A DNA stretch of 64,000 nt. It comes from Ructibacterium sp. (lineage in GTDB: Bacteria > Bacillota > Clostridia > Monoglobales > Monoglobaceae). The stretch lies in contig JAZSKV010000054.1 of NCBI GenBank assembly GCA_045534975.1, positions 2,200-66,199 of the forward strand, in the 5' to 3' direction. Below are positions 48,316 to 58,938 of the stretch, piece after piece. The notes under the pieces were generated by a model. The model saw only the letters and a program-made list of their open reading frames with translations. It was not told the DNA's origin and ran no database searches. Numbering within the stretch: position 1 is the stretch's first letter; each line of letters begins with the position of its first letter. The position numbers and the translations under genes are program-made.

Positions 48316-48786
48316 TTAATAAGCACGTTTATAACCGCCGCTGCGTTTTCCTTCATTGCTTCGTTTTAAATCCTGGAATTTCTCATCACTATCCTGCTTG
48401 AATTTTTGCAGCATATCATCAAAAGACATTTCCTCGTTACGCTTATGGAAACTAAACTCCTCAGGAGGTCCAGAGGGGCCATGATCCCTCTTAGGAAAAC
48501 GATCCTGCCTTTTTTGCCGTGGCGCCCGCCGCTCTTTTGGGGCACCGGCTTCCGGATTTTCTACCCTCTTGATGGAAAGGCTAATCTTCCCTTTATCCAT
48601 ACTGATAACTTTGACTTTAACAGTCTGTCCCTCTTTGAGGTGCTGATTGATGTCGCTGACATATTCCGAGGCAACCTCAGAAATATGTATCAAGCCGGTC
48701 TTGCCGCCCTCCAGTTCCACAAACGCGCCAAAGGCTGCGAGTCCTGTAATTTTTCCTTCTACAATCGAATCCACTTCAATTTGCAT
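48316..48786 (-). CDS. S1 RNA-binding domain protein (YabR-like)
   Basis: FGAFVEL, GLIHISEVA, SFDDMLQKFKQDSDEK. Confidence 0.9.
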   Translation of the reverse strand: MQIEVDSIVEGKITGLAAFGAFVELEGGKTGLIHISEVASEYVSDINQHLKEGQTVKVKVISMDKGKISLSIKRVENPEAGAPKERRAPRQKRQDRFPKRDHGPSGPPEEFSFHKRNEEMSFDDMLQKFKQDSDEKFQDLKRSNEGKRSGGYKRAY

Positions 48787-48873
48787 TCTTTTTCATGACC
48801 CTTTCTCAGGGGAAATACCCCTATGATGTAATTTAAAATCTGTCCCCATAAATGGGAACAATGTTTTCTTCTG

Positions 48874-49251
48874 TTAATGATTACTTTGATTAACCTCGCT
48901 TTGGTTGGCATCCACAAAAACCCGCTCATTGGGCCGAACCAAACCTAACTTTTCCCGAGCGATTCTTTCCAGATATTCGGGATCATTCAAATTCTCTAAT
49001 TCTTTTTCCAGTTCTTCTGCCTGCTGGGTTGCGGCAGTGATTTGTTCTTCCAGAACATCAATCTCCCGATTTTTTCTGGTCAGCATAACCTGCTGCCAGA
49101 TCATCACATAGACAAAATAAATCGCAAAAACCGCAATCACCATAGCAACTGCAAATCGTTTGGGATTTAAATTTGCCTTTTTCTTGTTTTCGGAAGCGGG
49201 TTTACCTGAAGATTGACTTTTCTTTTTCCCATCAACATTTGTCTGCATCAA
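48874..49251 (-). CDS. divIC: Septum formation initiator DivIC/FtsB
   Basis: TM plus coiled coil plus YLERIAREKLGLVRPNE. Confidence 0.85.
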   Translation of the reverse strand: MMQTNVDGKKKSQSSGKPASENKKKANLNPKRFAVAMVIAVFAIYFVYVMIWQQVMLTRKNREIDVLEEQITAATQQAEELEKELENLNDPEYLERIAREKLGLVRPNERVFVDANQSEVNQSNH

Positions 49252-49298
49252 GAAACACCACCCCCAGTTTATTATGATATTTTATTATATCCCAAATG

Positions 49299-49862
49299 TT
49301 ATCCTTTGTCAACGGCAATTTTCACTTTTGACCGGTCTGTTTTTCGCTGTTTTTTTCGTTTTTCCATTTCGGCTTTTTTGCATTTTTCCCGAATCTTTTT
49401 TTGCTCCCGGCTGGCACGGAAAATCCCATTGACTCGGCGGACCCGCTCCCGGCTATACCAACCAATCACCAAAAACGGCTTTGCCAGCATCTTATAGACT
49501 ACCCGAACGGGAAAAAGCAAAACACGAAAGACCCACAAAAAGGCTTCTATCAGCCCTTTGTTACACCAGACCAGAACCTTGACCAGCCGATCCTTTAACA
49601 CCGCCCGATAGAACCCAAAACCCAGGATGGCACCAAAAAAACCTTGCCAGCGTAACTGGCCGCCGTTTTTGTCATAGGCAGTCCAGAACAAAAGCAGTCC
49701 ACCAAGCAGAAAAAAACAGATATCCTCTAAATTCACACCAAACACCGAAGTGGAAATCATCCGTCTTGTCATACGAAGTAAATCATACAAAAACGCCATG
49801 ATTCCGCCCAAAGCCAGGGACCACAGAAAATAACTGACGGTGATACCGAATTTCATCTCCAT
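49299..49862 (-). CDS. yabQ: Spore cortex biosynthesis protein YabQ
   Basis: FLYDLLRM..EDICF..GQLR; between yabP and divIC. Confidence 0.82.
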   Translation of the reverse strand: MEMKFGITVSYFLWSLALGGIMAFLYDLLRMTRRMISTSVFGVNLEDICFFLLGGLLLFWTAYDKNGGQLRWQGFFGAILGFGFYRAVLKDRLVKVLVWCNKGLIEAFLWVFRVLLFPVRVVYKMLAKPFLVIGWYSRERVRRVNGIFRASREQKKIREKCKKAEMEKRKKQRKTDRSKVKIAVDKG

Positions 49863-49892
49863 AACGCGTTCAACCTTTCCGGATTTTTTGAA

Positions 49893-50162
49893 TTATTGAA
49901 ATAATCTTGCAAAAAATCCGCCCTGCTCTTTGGATCGGTTATCACTATACTGAATTTCATCAATCGTCCCCTCAATCACAAGGTGTCCGTCATCCACATT
50001 CAGTTTATGAATCCGAAAATTACTGCCAAGCACCGTCATCATCCCCATGGATGTTTCTACAATCACCTTTTCTTCATCAAAACTCTCTACATCTGCCACT
50101 GCCGTAATGGTCAGTTTTTCCCTGTTTTCCATGGAGATACTGTGCTTTTTAATTTCTTCCAT
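49893..50162 (-). CDS. yabP: Sporulation protein YabP
   Basis: HSISMENREKLTITAVADVESFDE..GFFARLF; start MEEI at 50162. Confidence 0.88.
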   Translation of the reverse strand: MEEIKKHSISMENREKLTITAVADVESFDEEKVIVETSMGMMTVLGSNFRIHKLNVDDGHLVIEGTIDEIQYSDNRSKEQGGFFARLFQ

Positions 50163-50224
50163 ACTCGTTCCTCCTATTTTTTGCAATATAATAATAGATA
50201 TTCCAAAAAACAGGAATTTATGAT

Positions 50225-51334
50225 TCATACAAAGTCTGCTAAAATCCCGTTACTGACATAGAGAAACGCGGGAGAAATCCGATATCTGTCATTCTCCTTT
50301 AACATAGTTCCTCTCTGCAAATTTTTGCAAAGAATATCACCAAAGACTTCTTCAATTTTGATAGAAAACCGATTTTGAAATGTACGGACATCGATACCAT
50401 CCGCCATCCGTAGCCCCAAAAAACAAAACTCGCTCATTCTATCTTGCAGGGTCAAGGGAATTTCCTCCAATATCACTGTCCTGTTTTCTTCCACGGCACA
50501 GCAGTATTCTTCAATCCCCCTTAAATTGTCATATCGGCGCTCTCCCACACAGGAATAGGCACCGGCACCAAACCCAGCGAAATCATCACATTGCCAGTAT
50601 TTGATATTATGTCGGCTCTCTCTGCCCGGTTTGGCAAAATTGGAGATTTCATAGCGCAGATATCCTGATTTTTCCAGAAAGTCTACTCCCGCATCATACA
50701 TCTGCCGAACTGTATCGTCATCCGGCAGGGTTAGATTCATAGCAGCAAAGGGCGTTCCCTCTTCCACTTTTAATCCATAACAAGAAAGATGCTCCGGCGA
50801 AAATTTCACCGCCCCAGTTAAGGTTTCCATCCACCCCTCCAAGGTCTGCCCCGGCAGACCATACATCAAATCCAAGGAAAGATTTTCAAAGCCGACCTCT
50901 CTGGCGTTTGTGAAACAATGCTTAAAGTCATCAAAACCATGAATTCTGCCAAGACTTTTTAACACCTTATCATCTGTGGATTGCAGACCAATGCTCAAAC
51001 GGTTGAAACCCGCCTTTCGCAAATCTTCCAACCCTGCCTTGTCAATGGTTCCCGGATTGCATTCCGCCGTGATTTCACAGTCCCCTGTCAGGGAAAAACA
51101 TTCTTTTATTTTGTTCAGCAACGCTCCCAACCGCGCTGCGCCCATCGCCGTTGGTGTTCCGCCCCCAAAATAGACAGTATCTATGATTTCCTGGGTGGAA
51201 AAACCTGCAATTTCTTTGGATAGTGCTCTGCAATATTCATCCATAACATCTTCTTTTCCGGCATAGGAATTAAAGTCGCAATACAAGCATTTTTGCCTGC
51301 AAAAGGGGATATGCAAATAAATTCCCAAGGACAT
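50225..51334 (-). CDS. hemW: Radical SAM heme chaperone HemW
   Basis: YLHIPFCRQKCLYCDF, YFGGGTP, YEISN, HNIKYW; follows lepA. Confidence 0.9.
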   Translation of the reverse strand: MSLGIYLHIPFCRQKCLYCDFNSYAGKEDVMDEYCRALSKEIAGFSTQEIIDTVYFGGGTPTAMGAARLGALLNKIKECFSLTGDCEITAECNPGTIDKAGLEDLRKAGFNRLSIGLQSTDDKVLKSLGRIHGFDDFKHCFTNAREVGFENLSLDLMYGLPGQTLEGWMETLTGAVKFSPEHLSCYGLKVEEGTPFAAMNLTLPDDDTVRQMYDAGVDFLEKSGYLRYEISNFAKPGRESRHNIKYWQCDDFAGFGAGAYSCVGERRYDNLRGIEEYCCAVEENRTVILEEIPLTLQDRMSEFCFLGLRMADGIDVRTFQNRFSIKIEEVFGDILCKNLQRGTMLKENDRYRISPAFLYVSNGILADFV

Positions 51335-51391
51335 CTTTTTCCCTCCTTGTAAAGACAAAGACCGTAGCAAACCGCCACAGTCCTCGCTTTT

Positions 51392-53197
51392 TTAGTCTAA
51401 TTTCAAAACGGACATAAAGGCTTCCTGAGGAACCTCCACAGAGCCTACCTGACGCATCCGCTTTTTACCTTCTTTCTGCTTTTCCAGAAGTTTTCGTTTT
51501 CTGGTGATGTCACCACCGTAACACTTAGCCAAAACGTCTTTCCGCATAGCACGAACGGTTTCTCTGGCGATGATTTTCCCGCCAATCGCCGCCTGAATCG
51601 GCACTTCAAACAACTGCCGAGGGATGACCTCTTTGAGTTTTTCTGCCATCCTTCTGCCTCTGGAATAAGCCCGTTCTTTATGGACAATAAATGAGAGCGC
51701 ATCCACCATCTCGCCGTTTAAAAGCATATCCAGTTTCACCAGTTCTGCCTGTTCAAAACACTTGAACTCATAGTCAAAAGAGGCATAACCACGGGTTCTG
51801 GATTTTAACGCATCAAAGAAATCATAAATAATCTCGTTAAGAGGCAAGTCATAATTTAACGAAACACGATTTTCGTCCATATAGGTCATATCCCGATAGA
51901 CTGCACGCCGTTCCTGGCAAAGTTCCATGATACTTCCCACATATTCTTTGGGGGCCATAATGGATGCCTGCACAATGGGTTCCATCATATAATCGATTTC
52001 TGAAACGCTAGGTAGATTGGTGGGGTTATCAATCATCAGTTCGGTACCGTCAGTTTTGATGACTTTATACTCAACCGAGGGTGCCGTGGTGACCAAATCC
52101 AGATTATATTCCCGCTCCAGACGTTCCTGGATAATTTCCATATGCAAAAGACCTAAGAATCCGCACCGGAAACCAAACCCCAATGCGATGGAGGTTTCTG
52201 CATCAAAACAAAGAGCCGCATCATTGAGTTGGAGTTTTTCCAACGCCTCTCTTAAATCATCATATCTCGCCCCGTCTGCCGGGTAAATACCACAGTATAC
52301 CATGGGCTTGACTTCCTGATAACCGGGCAGAGGTTCTTCCGCACCATTTTCGGCAGTGGTTACCGTGTCACCCACATGAACCTCCTGGACATTTTTGATG
52401 CTGGCGGCAATAAATCCTACCTCTCCGGCAGAAATCTGACCTGCGGGAAGCATCCCGTTGGGATGGAGATAGCCGGTTTCCACCACATCAAAGGTAGCGC
52501 CAGTTGCCATCATCTTGATTTGCATCCCGGGTTTTAAGGCGCCATCAATCACCCGGACATAGACAATAACACCTTTATAAGAATCATAGTAGGAATCAAA
52601 AATCAGCGCCTTTAAGGGTGCGTTCTCGTCACCGGAGGGCGGCGGTACCAATTCTACTACCTTTTCTAACACTTCTTCAATATTGATGCCATTCTTGGCA
52701 GAAATCAATGGTGCATTTTCACCATCAATGCCGATAACATCCTCAATCTCTTTTCTCACCTCATCCGGTCTTGCAGAGGGCAAATCAATCTTATTGATAA
52801 CCGGAACCAGTTCCAAATCATGTTCCAATGCCATATAGGTATTGGCAAGGGTCTGTGCTTCAATGCCCTGTGCCGCATCTACCACCAGTACAGCGCCCTC
52901 ACAGGCTGCAAGGCTTCGAGATACCTCATAGTTAAAATCCACATGGCCAGGGGTATCAATCAAATTTAAAACATAGTCTTCTCCGTCTTTTGCTTTATAC
53001 AAAAGACGGACCGCACGGGCTTTAATGGTGATACCACGTTCCCGTTCCAAGTCCATATTATCCAAAATTTGCGCCTGCATCTCCCTCTGGGTCAATGCAC
53101 CGGTATGCTCCAAAAGCCGGTCTGCCAGGGTACTCTTGCCATGGTCAATATGGGCGATAATCGAAAAATTCCGTATCTTGTCTTGCCGATTCTGCAT
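51392..53197 (-). CDS. lepA: Elongation factor 4
   Basis: [36 protein letters not shown]. Confidence 0.97.
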   Translation of the reverse strand: MQNRQDKIRNFSIIAHIDHGKSTLADRLLEHTGALTQREMQAQILDNMDLERERGITIKARAVRLLYKAKDGEDYVLNLIDTPGHVDFNYEVSRSLAACEGAVLVVDAAQGIEAQTLANTYMALEHDLELVPVINKIDLPSARPDEVRKEIEDVIGIDGENAPLISAKNGINIEEVLEKVVELVPPPSGDENAPLKALIFDSYYDSYKGVIVYVRVIDGALKPGMQIKMMATGATFDVVETGYLHPNGMLPAGQISAGEVGFIAASIKNVQEVHVGDTVTTAENGAEEPLPGYQEVKPMVYCGIYPADGARYDDLREALEKLQLNDAALCFDAETSIALGFGFRCGFLGLLHMEIIQERLEREYNLDLVTTAPSVEYKVIKTDGTELMIDNPTNLPSVSEIDYMMEPIVQASIMAPKEYVGSIMELCQERRAVYRDMTYMDENRVSLNYDLPLNEIIYDFFDALKSRTRGYASFDYEFKCFEQAELVKLDMLLNGEMVDALSFIVHKERAYSRGRRMAEKLKEVIPRQLFEVPIQAAIGGKIIARETVRAMRKDVLAKCYGGDITRKRKLLEKQKEGKKRMRQVGSVEVPQEAFMSVLKLD

Positions 53198-53534
53198 TCT
53201 TCTTCCTCCGATGAACTAATCTTTGCTTATTATAAAATGAGTGAACGATTTAGATGCCAACCTTTTTGTCGATAGCTTCCTCTTACAATTTTATCTTTAT
53301 AATAACCTTTTTAAATATTATACCATATATCGGCAAATATTTCAATCGGCAATAGAGAAAAATATATAACCTAATTTTGTCATTTTCTTTTCCCCATTTC
53401 ATTTGTTAAATCATTTATCATTTTATTACCATTTTCGTAAACAAAAAAAACATCTTGATTTCACTCAAAATGTGTTTTGATACTTTTCATTAAATTTTAA
53501 AAAGTTATGCATGCATATATTCAATCGCTTTAAT

Positions 53535-53660
53535 CTATACGCATTTTTCTGTAACCGTTACCGTGTTTCCTGCCGCATAGGCGGTGCCGGTGCCGTCTGC
53601 TCTGGTGTTCCAACCGGCAAAACTATAGTTTAAGCCATTAGCAGTCTGTTTCGGGTCCAA
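53535..53660 (-). pseudogene. Remnant of an InlB B-repeat/Listeria-Bacteroides repeat surface-protein domain
   Basis: Hand translation LDPKQTANGLNYSFAGWNTRADGTGTAYAAGNTVTVTEKCV*; the F.GWNT..DG.G motif; no intact parent gene. Confidence 0.6.
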
Positions 53661-53857
53661 TAAAAATGCACATAAAACCCTCCAAGTTGGAAAAAGCGTT
53701 TGGTTTGCTCTCTGTATCCCCCTATTTTCACAACATCGACATTTTATAAAATTCTCAAAACCCGCATAAACACTAGGATTTCATCCCTGCATCTTTCCTG
53801 TCACTCCTTTATAGCATAACTTTTTCAAATGGAACAAATATCCTCCTGATATGATTT

Positions 53858-53896
53858 AAGACCTCCTATGCATGCTATCATAGAAGGTCTTTTTTC
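53858..53896 (-). terminator. Terminator of the perR-rbr-ftn operon
   Basis: AAGACCT-CCTATG...CATAG-A-AGGTCTTTTTT. Confidence 0.6.
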
Positions 53897-53909
53897 TATT
53901 AATGAAATC

Positions 53910-54422
53910 TTATAAAGTCAAAGACGGTGCAGAATATACTCTTGCGGCAAACTCCGCATCCAACATATAAAGTCCTTTGGAATCTTTCCCAAACAACTCC
54001 ATCTTGGTAATCATATCTTCTGCATTCTTTTCTTCTTCCATCTGTTCTTTCACAAACCAATCTAAGAACTGCATGGTTCTAAAATCCTTAGCAGCATAGG
54101 CCTCTGCATAGATATCATTGATCAGGCTGGTTACATATTGCTCATGCTCTAAGCCCATCTTTAAGGGGTCTATCAATTCTTTAGGTTCCTTATCCGGTTT
54201 TGCAACCGCTTCTAAGGTAACCTTTTCATTATTGTTTTGCAGATATTGAAGCATCAGCATCGCATGGTCTCTTTCTTCCTGCGCCTGAATCAGATACCAG
54301 TTAGAAAATCCGGCAAGACCTTTTTCATCATAAAAAATTGAAAAATCAAGATACAAATATGCCGAATACAATTCCTTGTTGATCTGGTCATTGATCAACT
54401 CCGCCACTTTTTGATTTAACAT
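53910..54422 (-). CDS. ftnA: Non-heme ferritin
   Basis: QINKELYSAYLYL, EERDHA, EHE, WFVKEQMEEE ferroxidase residues. Confidence 0.93.
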   Translation of the reverse strand: MLNQKVAELINDQINKELYSAYLYLDFSIFYDEKGLAGFSNWYLIQAQEERDHAMLMLQYLQNNNEKVTLEAVAKPDKEPKELIDPLKMGLEHEQYVTSLINDIYAEAYAAKDFRTMQFLDWFVKEQMEEEKNAEDMITKMELFGKDSKGLYMLDAEFAARVYSAPSLTL

Positions 54423-54440
54423 ACCATCACCTCATTAAGA

Positions 54441-55028
54441 TTAACCAAAATATCTCTTTAAAAGTCCCTCTAAGCCACGACCATGCCGAGCCTCGTCCCT
54501 TGCCATTTCATGAACGGTGTCGTGGATGGCATCCAGACCGTTTTTCTTAGCGCAAACAGCTAAATCAAACTTACCCTGAGTTGCACCATATTCGCAGTCC
54601 ACACGCCATTTCAGATTATCCTTGGTGGTGGCTTTCATATTGGGTTCTAAATCCTCACCCAAAAGTTCTGCAAACTTAGCCGCATGCTCCGCTTCTTCAT
54701 AAGCGGCTTTTTCCCAATAAAGTCCGATTTCCGGATAACCCTCTCTGTGTGCAATTCTCGCCATGCAGAGATACATACCCACCTCTGCGCACTCACCATT
54801 AAAGTTTGCCATCAGTTGCTCAAAAATATACTGTTTATCTTCTTCGCTGATATCAGGATTGTTTTTCACAGTTTTTCCATAAACGCCATATTCATGTTCA
54901 GCCGCCAGTGCAGCACCCTCTACCATTTCATTGAATTTGCTGCCGGGAACTTTACATACCGGACAAGCCTCAGGAGGATTTTCCCCCTCATGAACATAAC
55001 CACATACAGTACATACCCATTTTTTCAT
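54441..55028 (-). CDS. Reverse rubrerythrin (N-terminal rubredoxin; NADH peroxidase-type)
   Basis: CTVCGY..CPVC at the N-terminus, then [19 protein letters not shown]. Confidence 0.9.
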   Translation of the reverse strand: MKKWVCTVCGYVHEGENPPEACPVCKVPGSKFNEMVEGAALAAEHEYGVYGKTVKNNPDISEEDKQYIFEQLMANFNGECAEVGMYLCMARIAHREGYPEIGLYWEKAAYEEAEHAAKFAELLGEDLEPNMKATTKDNLKWRVDCEYGATQGKFDLAVCAKKNGLDAIHDTVHEMARDEARHGRGLEGLLKRYFG

Positions 55029-55046
55029 TTTTCATTACCTCCAAAT

Positions 55047-55466
55047 TTATAATATAATAAAATCATTTTTCTTGCTATTCAGGCACTTGGTACAGGTGCC
55101 CTGAAAAATCAGATTATGGCGTTCAATTTTACCGCAACCTGTTTTTTCTGCCAACTCATCCAAATCCTCATCATAGGAAAGTTCTACATCGTAAAGGCTG
55201 CCGCACTCTGCACAATAGAAATGGTCGTGAGGATGAACCGTATAATCAAAGCGGTCTATCCCGTCCCCCACTTCCATCCGGGAAATCTGCCCATCTTTTG
55301 CAAGGTTAGCAAGATTTCGATAGACAGTGCCTAAACTAATATTAGGAATCTTCCGGCTCACCTTTTGATAAACCCAATCCGCCGTGGGATGAGAATCCGT
55401 CTTTGCCAAAACATCTAAAATTGCTGTCTTTTGTTTGCTGTTTCTGATGGCTTTTTCCGTTGCCAT
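55047..55466 (-). CDS. perR: Fur-family repressor, probably PerR
   Basis: HPTADWVY, SLGTVYRNL, HDHFYCAECG, CTKC; heads the peroxide-defence genes. Confidence 0.78.
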   Translation of the reverse strand: MATEKAIRNSKQKTAILDVLAKTDSHPTADWVYQKVSRKIPNISLGTVYRNLANLAKDGQISRMEVGDGIDRFDYTVHPHDHFYCAECGSLYDVELSYDEDLDELAEKTGCGKIERHNLIFQGTCTKCLNSKKNDFIIL

Positions 55467-55483
55467 TTCCTTCACCTCAATTC

Positions 55484-55536
55484 GTAATAGGAATTATTAC
55501 TGTTTAAATTATATATTGTTTTTTCTTGTTTGTCAA
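55484..55536 (-). promoter_or_regulatory. Consensus sigma-A promoter plus palindromic Fur/PerR-type operator
   Basis: TTGACA (55536-55531), 17 bp, TATAAT (55513-55508); GTAATA-N5-TATTAC at 55484-55500 between the -10 and the RBS. Confidence 0.75.
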
Positions 55537-55560
55537 CCCCTTTTTTGAAATTTTTTTCAT

Positions 55561-55592
55561 AAAAAAAGAACTGTCATACGACAGTTCTTTTT
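55561..55592 (-). terminator. thrS terminator
   Basis: AAAAAAAGAACTGTC-ATAC-GACAGTTCTTTTT. Confidence 0.8.
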
Positions 55593-55601
55593 CGTGTATC
55601 G

Positions 55602-57542
55602 TTATCTTTGTTTTTCTTCAACCTCTTTTTGAATCTTGGCAATAAAGTCGTCCAGTTTCCATGCACCAAGGTCGCCCTCTTTTCGGGAGCGAACAGCAAC
55701 TGCATTCTCTGCCTGTTCTTTCTCACCTACAATTAACATATAGGGAACTTTCTCTAACTGAGCTTCCCGAATCTTATAACCAATCTTCTCGTTGCGGTAG
55801 TCTACTTCGGTACGGATACCTGCCGCAGATAACGCCTTATCTACCTTTTCAGCATAGTCCATATAATGTTCGGAAATCGGCAGAATCTTCACCTGTGTCG
55901 GAGCAAGCCAGGTGGGGAAGGCACCGGCATATTTTTCAATCAAGAGCGCCAGGGTTCTCTCATAACAACCGATAGAAGTTCTGTGGATGATATAGGGGTT
56001 CTTCTTGCTTCCGTCAGAATCCACGTATTCCATACCAAACTTTTCTGCCAGCATCTGGTCAATCTGGATGGTAATTAAGGTATCCTCTTTGCCAAATACA
56101 TTCTTAATCTGGATATCCAGTTTAGGGCCGTAGAACGCTGCCTCACCAATACCAACCTTATAAGGGATTTCCAAATGGTCTAAAATCTTAGCCATGGTGT
56201 TTTGGGCTTCGTCCCATTGTTCTTTGGTACCAATATATTTTTCAGAATCATTGGGATCCCATTGGGAGAACCGGTAGGAAACATCTTCATAAAGGCCTAA
56301 GGTTTTGAGCATATAGATTGCCATTTCCAGACAACCTTTAAACTCCTCTTCCAACTGGTCAGGACGACACATCAAATGTCCCTCTGAGATGGTAAACTGA
56401 CGGACGCGAATCAGTCCGTGCATCTCACTGGATGCCTCATTTCTAAATAAGGTAGAGGTTTCGCCGTAACGCAAAGGCAAGTCACGGTAACTGCGCATTC
56501 TGTTTAAATAAGCCTGATATTGGAAAGGACAGGTCATGGGACGAAGAGCAAAAACCTCTTTATCTTTTTCTTCATCACCAAAGATAAACATACCATCCTG
56601 GTAATGGTCCCAGTGACCGGAGATTTTATAAAGATCACTCTTTGCCATATAGGGGGTCTTGGTCCGTACCCAACCATTGGCATCCTCATGGTCTTCTACA
56701 AATCTTTGAAGAATCTGCATCATTTTTGCACCCTTAGGGAGCATAATAGGAAGACCCTGACCGATGGAATCTACTGTGGTAAAGAGTTCCAGTTCTCGGC
56801 CCAATTTATTATGGTCTCTCTTTTTTGCCTCTTCTAATTGTTCTAAATATTCGTCCAATTCAGATTTCTTGGGGAAAGCCGTTCCGTAGATACGGGTCAG
56901 CATCTTTTTCTTCTCATCACCCCGCCAGTAAGCGCCGGCAGTATACTGAAGTTTAATCGCCTTTAATTTACCGGTAGACATCAGGTGCGGACCTGCACAC
57001 AAATCGGTAAAATCACCTTGCTTGTAGAAAGAAATCTCTGCACCCTCGGGCAGGTCTTCAATTAACTCTACCTTATAAGGCTCGTCCTTCATCAGGGCAA
57101 TGGCATCCGCTTTGGGCAGGGAAAACCGCTCAATCGCAATGTTCTCCTTAATGATTTTCTTCATTTCTGCCTCGATTTTCTCTAAGTCTGCTGCCTGAAT
57201 AGGGGTAGAAAAATCAAAGTCATAGTAAAAACCGTTCTCGATTGCAGGGCCAATGGCACACTTGGTGTCCGGATACAGACGTTTTACTGCCTGGGCAAGA
57301 ACATGAGAAGCCGTATGCCGGTAGGCAAGTTTGCCCTCTGGGGTATCCCATGTCAGGAAGTTCACCGCACAATCCTTTCCGGGACAAGTTCGCAAATCTT
57401 GAACTTCTCCGTCTACCGTCGCAGCCATGCAAGCCCGTGCCAACCCTTCGCTAATAGCAAATGCCATATCCAAAAGGGTAGCGTCTTTCGCAAACTCCTT
57501 GACGTCGCCGTCTTTTAAGGTTACCTTAATCATTCCAAACAC
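55602..57542 (-). CDS. thrS: Threonine-tRNA ligase
   Basis: TGS domain, HTASH, DLCAGPH, RDHNKLG, PMTCP, GEAAFYGPKLD. Confidence 0.96.
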   Translation of the reverse strand: MFGMIKVTLKDGDVKEFAKDATLLDMAFAISEGLARACMAATVDGEVQDLRTCPGKDCAVNFLTWDTPEGKLAYRHTASHVLAQAVKRLYPDTKCAIGPAIENGFYYDFDFSTPIQAADLEKIEAEMKKIIKENIAIERFSLPKADAIALMKDEPYKVELIEDLPEGAEISFYKQGDFTDLCAGPHLMSTGKLKAIKLQYTAGAYWRGDEKKKMLTRIYGTAFPKKSELDEYLEQLEEAKKRDHNKLGRELELFTTVDSIGQGLPIMLPKGAKMMQILQRFVEDHEDANGWVRTKTPYMAKSDLYKISGHWDHYQDGMFIFGDEEKDKEVFALRPMTCPFQYQAYLNRMRSYRDLPLRYGETSTLFRNEASSEMHGLIRVRQFTISEGHLMCRPDQLEEEFKGCLEMAIYMLKTLGLYEDVSYRFSQWDPNDSEKYIGTKEQWDEAQNTMAKILDHLEIPYKVGIGEAAFYGPKLDIQIKNVFGKEDTLITIQIDQMLAEKFGMEYVDSDGSKKNPYIIHRTSIGCYERTLALLIEKYAGAFPTWLAPTQVKILPISEHYMDYAEKVDKALSAAGIRTEVDYRNEKIGYKIREAQLEKVPYMLIVGEKEQAENAVAVRSRKEGDLGAWKLDDFIAKIQKEVEEKQR

Positions 57543-57566
57543 CGTTCCTTTCTTGGAAATTCCTCA

Positions 57567-58028
57567 TCATAATCCTATGGTCACTGCGGCAATGACCGCA
57601 ATCAAAATACCCAGCAACGCCCCCGCTGTCACTTCCAAAGGCGTATGCCCTAAAATCTCTTTTAGCCGTGTCTGTTTTTCCATGGGGTCTGTTTCTTTCC
57701 ATGCATCAATAATCATATTAATCATCTTTGCTTGCTGACCTGCCGCCCGGCGAATCCCGGATGCATCATACATTACCACCAGTGCAAAAGCACAACAAAC
57801 CACAAACAACGGGCTATCAAAACCTACTTTAATTCCCACACAAGTGGCAAGGCTGGTCACCAAAGTCGAATGAGACGAGGGCATACCGCCCGGACCCAAG
57901 AAACGGGTCATGTCTAATTTTCCATCTTTCATCCAGACCAAAAAACCTTTCAATACGCAGGAAAAAATCCAGGCAAAAAGCACCACGAAAAACATGGTAT
58001 TGCTCGTAAATTCTTTAAAATGTTCCAT
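57567..58028 (-). CDS. Divergent PAP2 family protein (DUF212)
   Basis: GGMPSSHS, VMYDASGIRRAAG, LGHTPLEV. Confidence 0.9.
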   Translation of the reverse strand: MEHFKEFTSNTMFFVVLFAWIFSCVLKGFLVWMKDGKLDMTRFLGPGGMPSSHSTLVTSLATCVGIKVGFDSPLFVVCCAFALVVMYDASGIRRAAGQQAKMINMIIDAWKETDPMEKQTRLKEILGHTPLEVTAGALLGILIAVIAAVTIGL

Positions 58029-58037
58029 AAAACTCCT

Positions 58038-58937
58038 TTAATAATGACGCTTCAATAAAAAGTCTGCAAATTCTAATAAAAATTCTGTATCAGGAAGACC
58101 CGCAAGGTTTTCTTTGGCTTCCTGGGTCAACCGTTCCAGTTCTGCCTCGGCACCGGCAAGACCCAGCAGAGTAACAAAGGTTGTTTTTTCCTGCTCTGCA
58201 TCACTGCCCACCGGCTTACCCAGAGATGTTTCGTCGCCAATTACATCCAGTATATCATCTTTTATTTGAAATGCCAACCCCAATTTCTCAGAAAAAGCAA
58301 CAATTTTTTGGTATTCTTCTGCTTTTTCATCTAAAATCCCGGCTGCAAGACATCCACAAATGGCAGAAACCCGAATCATAGCACCGGTTTTCCCCGCATG
58401 GAGGGTTTCCAGTTCTTCCCTTAAAACATCGGTGCGATGCTCGCAGGCAAGGTCAATCACCTGGCCGCCAATCATACCATAACAGCCTGCCGCCAAAGCG
58501 ATTTCCCGTATTGCCGCAACCACTGCCGCCGGTTCCATGGTTTCATAAGATTCTTTGCCTGCTAAAATAGAAAAGGCTTCCGTCAAGAGCCCATCTCCGG
58601 CAAGGAGAGCAATATCTTCTCCGTATGCCTTGTGACAGGAGGGTTTTCCCCGACGCATATCATCATCATCCATACAGGGCAAATCATCGTGGAGCAGAGA
58701 ATAGTTATGGATTGCCTCAATGGCACAGCCCAATCTTGCAGCATCATCAAGACTTCCTCCCAACATATCGCATACTGCCATGGTCAATACAGGCCGGATT
58801 CTTTTTCCGCCGCCTGCAATCCCGTATGCCATTGCTTCAAAAACCTTTCTTTGAAGCAGGTCAGGAACAGGAAAATACTTCTCTATATTTTGATTGATAC
58901 GGTCTAAGTATACCTGATATTGTCTTTGAAAATCCAT
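58038..58937 (-). CDS. ispA: Polyprenyl (farnesyl/geranylgeranyl) diphosphate synthase
   Basis: GGKRIRP, HDDLPCMDDDDMRRGKP, KTG, FQIKDDILD; start MDFQ at 58937. Confidence 0.93.
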   Translation of the reverse strand: MDFQRQYQVYLDRINQNIEKYFPVPDLLQRKVFEAMAYGIAGGGKRIRPVLTMAVCDMLGGSLDDAARLGCAIEAIHNYSLLHDDLPCMDDDDMRRGKPSCHKAYGEDIALLAGDGLLTEAFSILAGKESYETMEPAAVVAAIREIALAAGCYGMIGGQVIDLACEHRTDVLREELETLHAGKTGAMIRVSAICGCLAAGILDEKAEEYQKIVAFSEKLGLAFQIKDDILDVIGDETSLGKPVGSDAEQEKTTFVTLLGLAGAEAELERLTQEAKENLAGLPDTEFLLEFADFLLKRHY

Positions 58938-58938
58938 A

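Noticed and set aside
9088-55592. Short GC-cored palindromes scattered between genes (REP-like or CRISPR-like repeats?)
   Set aside because: Their sequences differ, each sits at a gene end with A/T tracts, and none is regularly spaced; they are ordinary intrinsic terminators. No CRISPR array, tRNA or rRNA was seen in the window.
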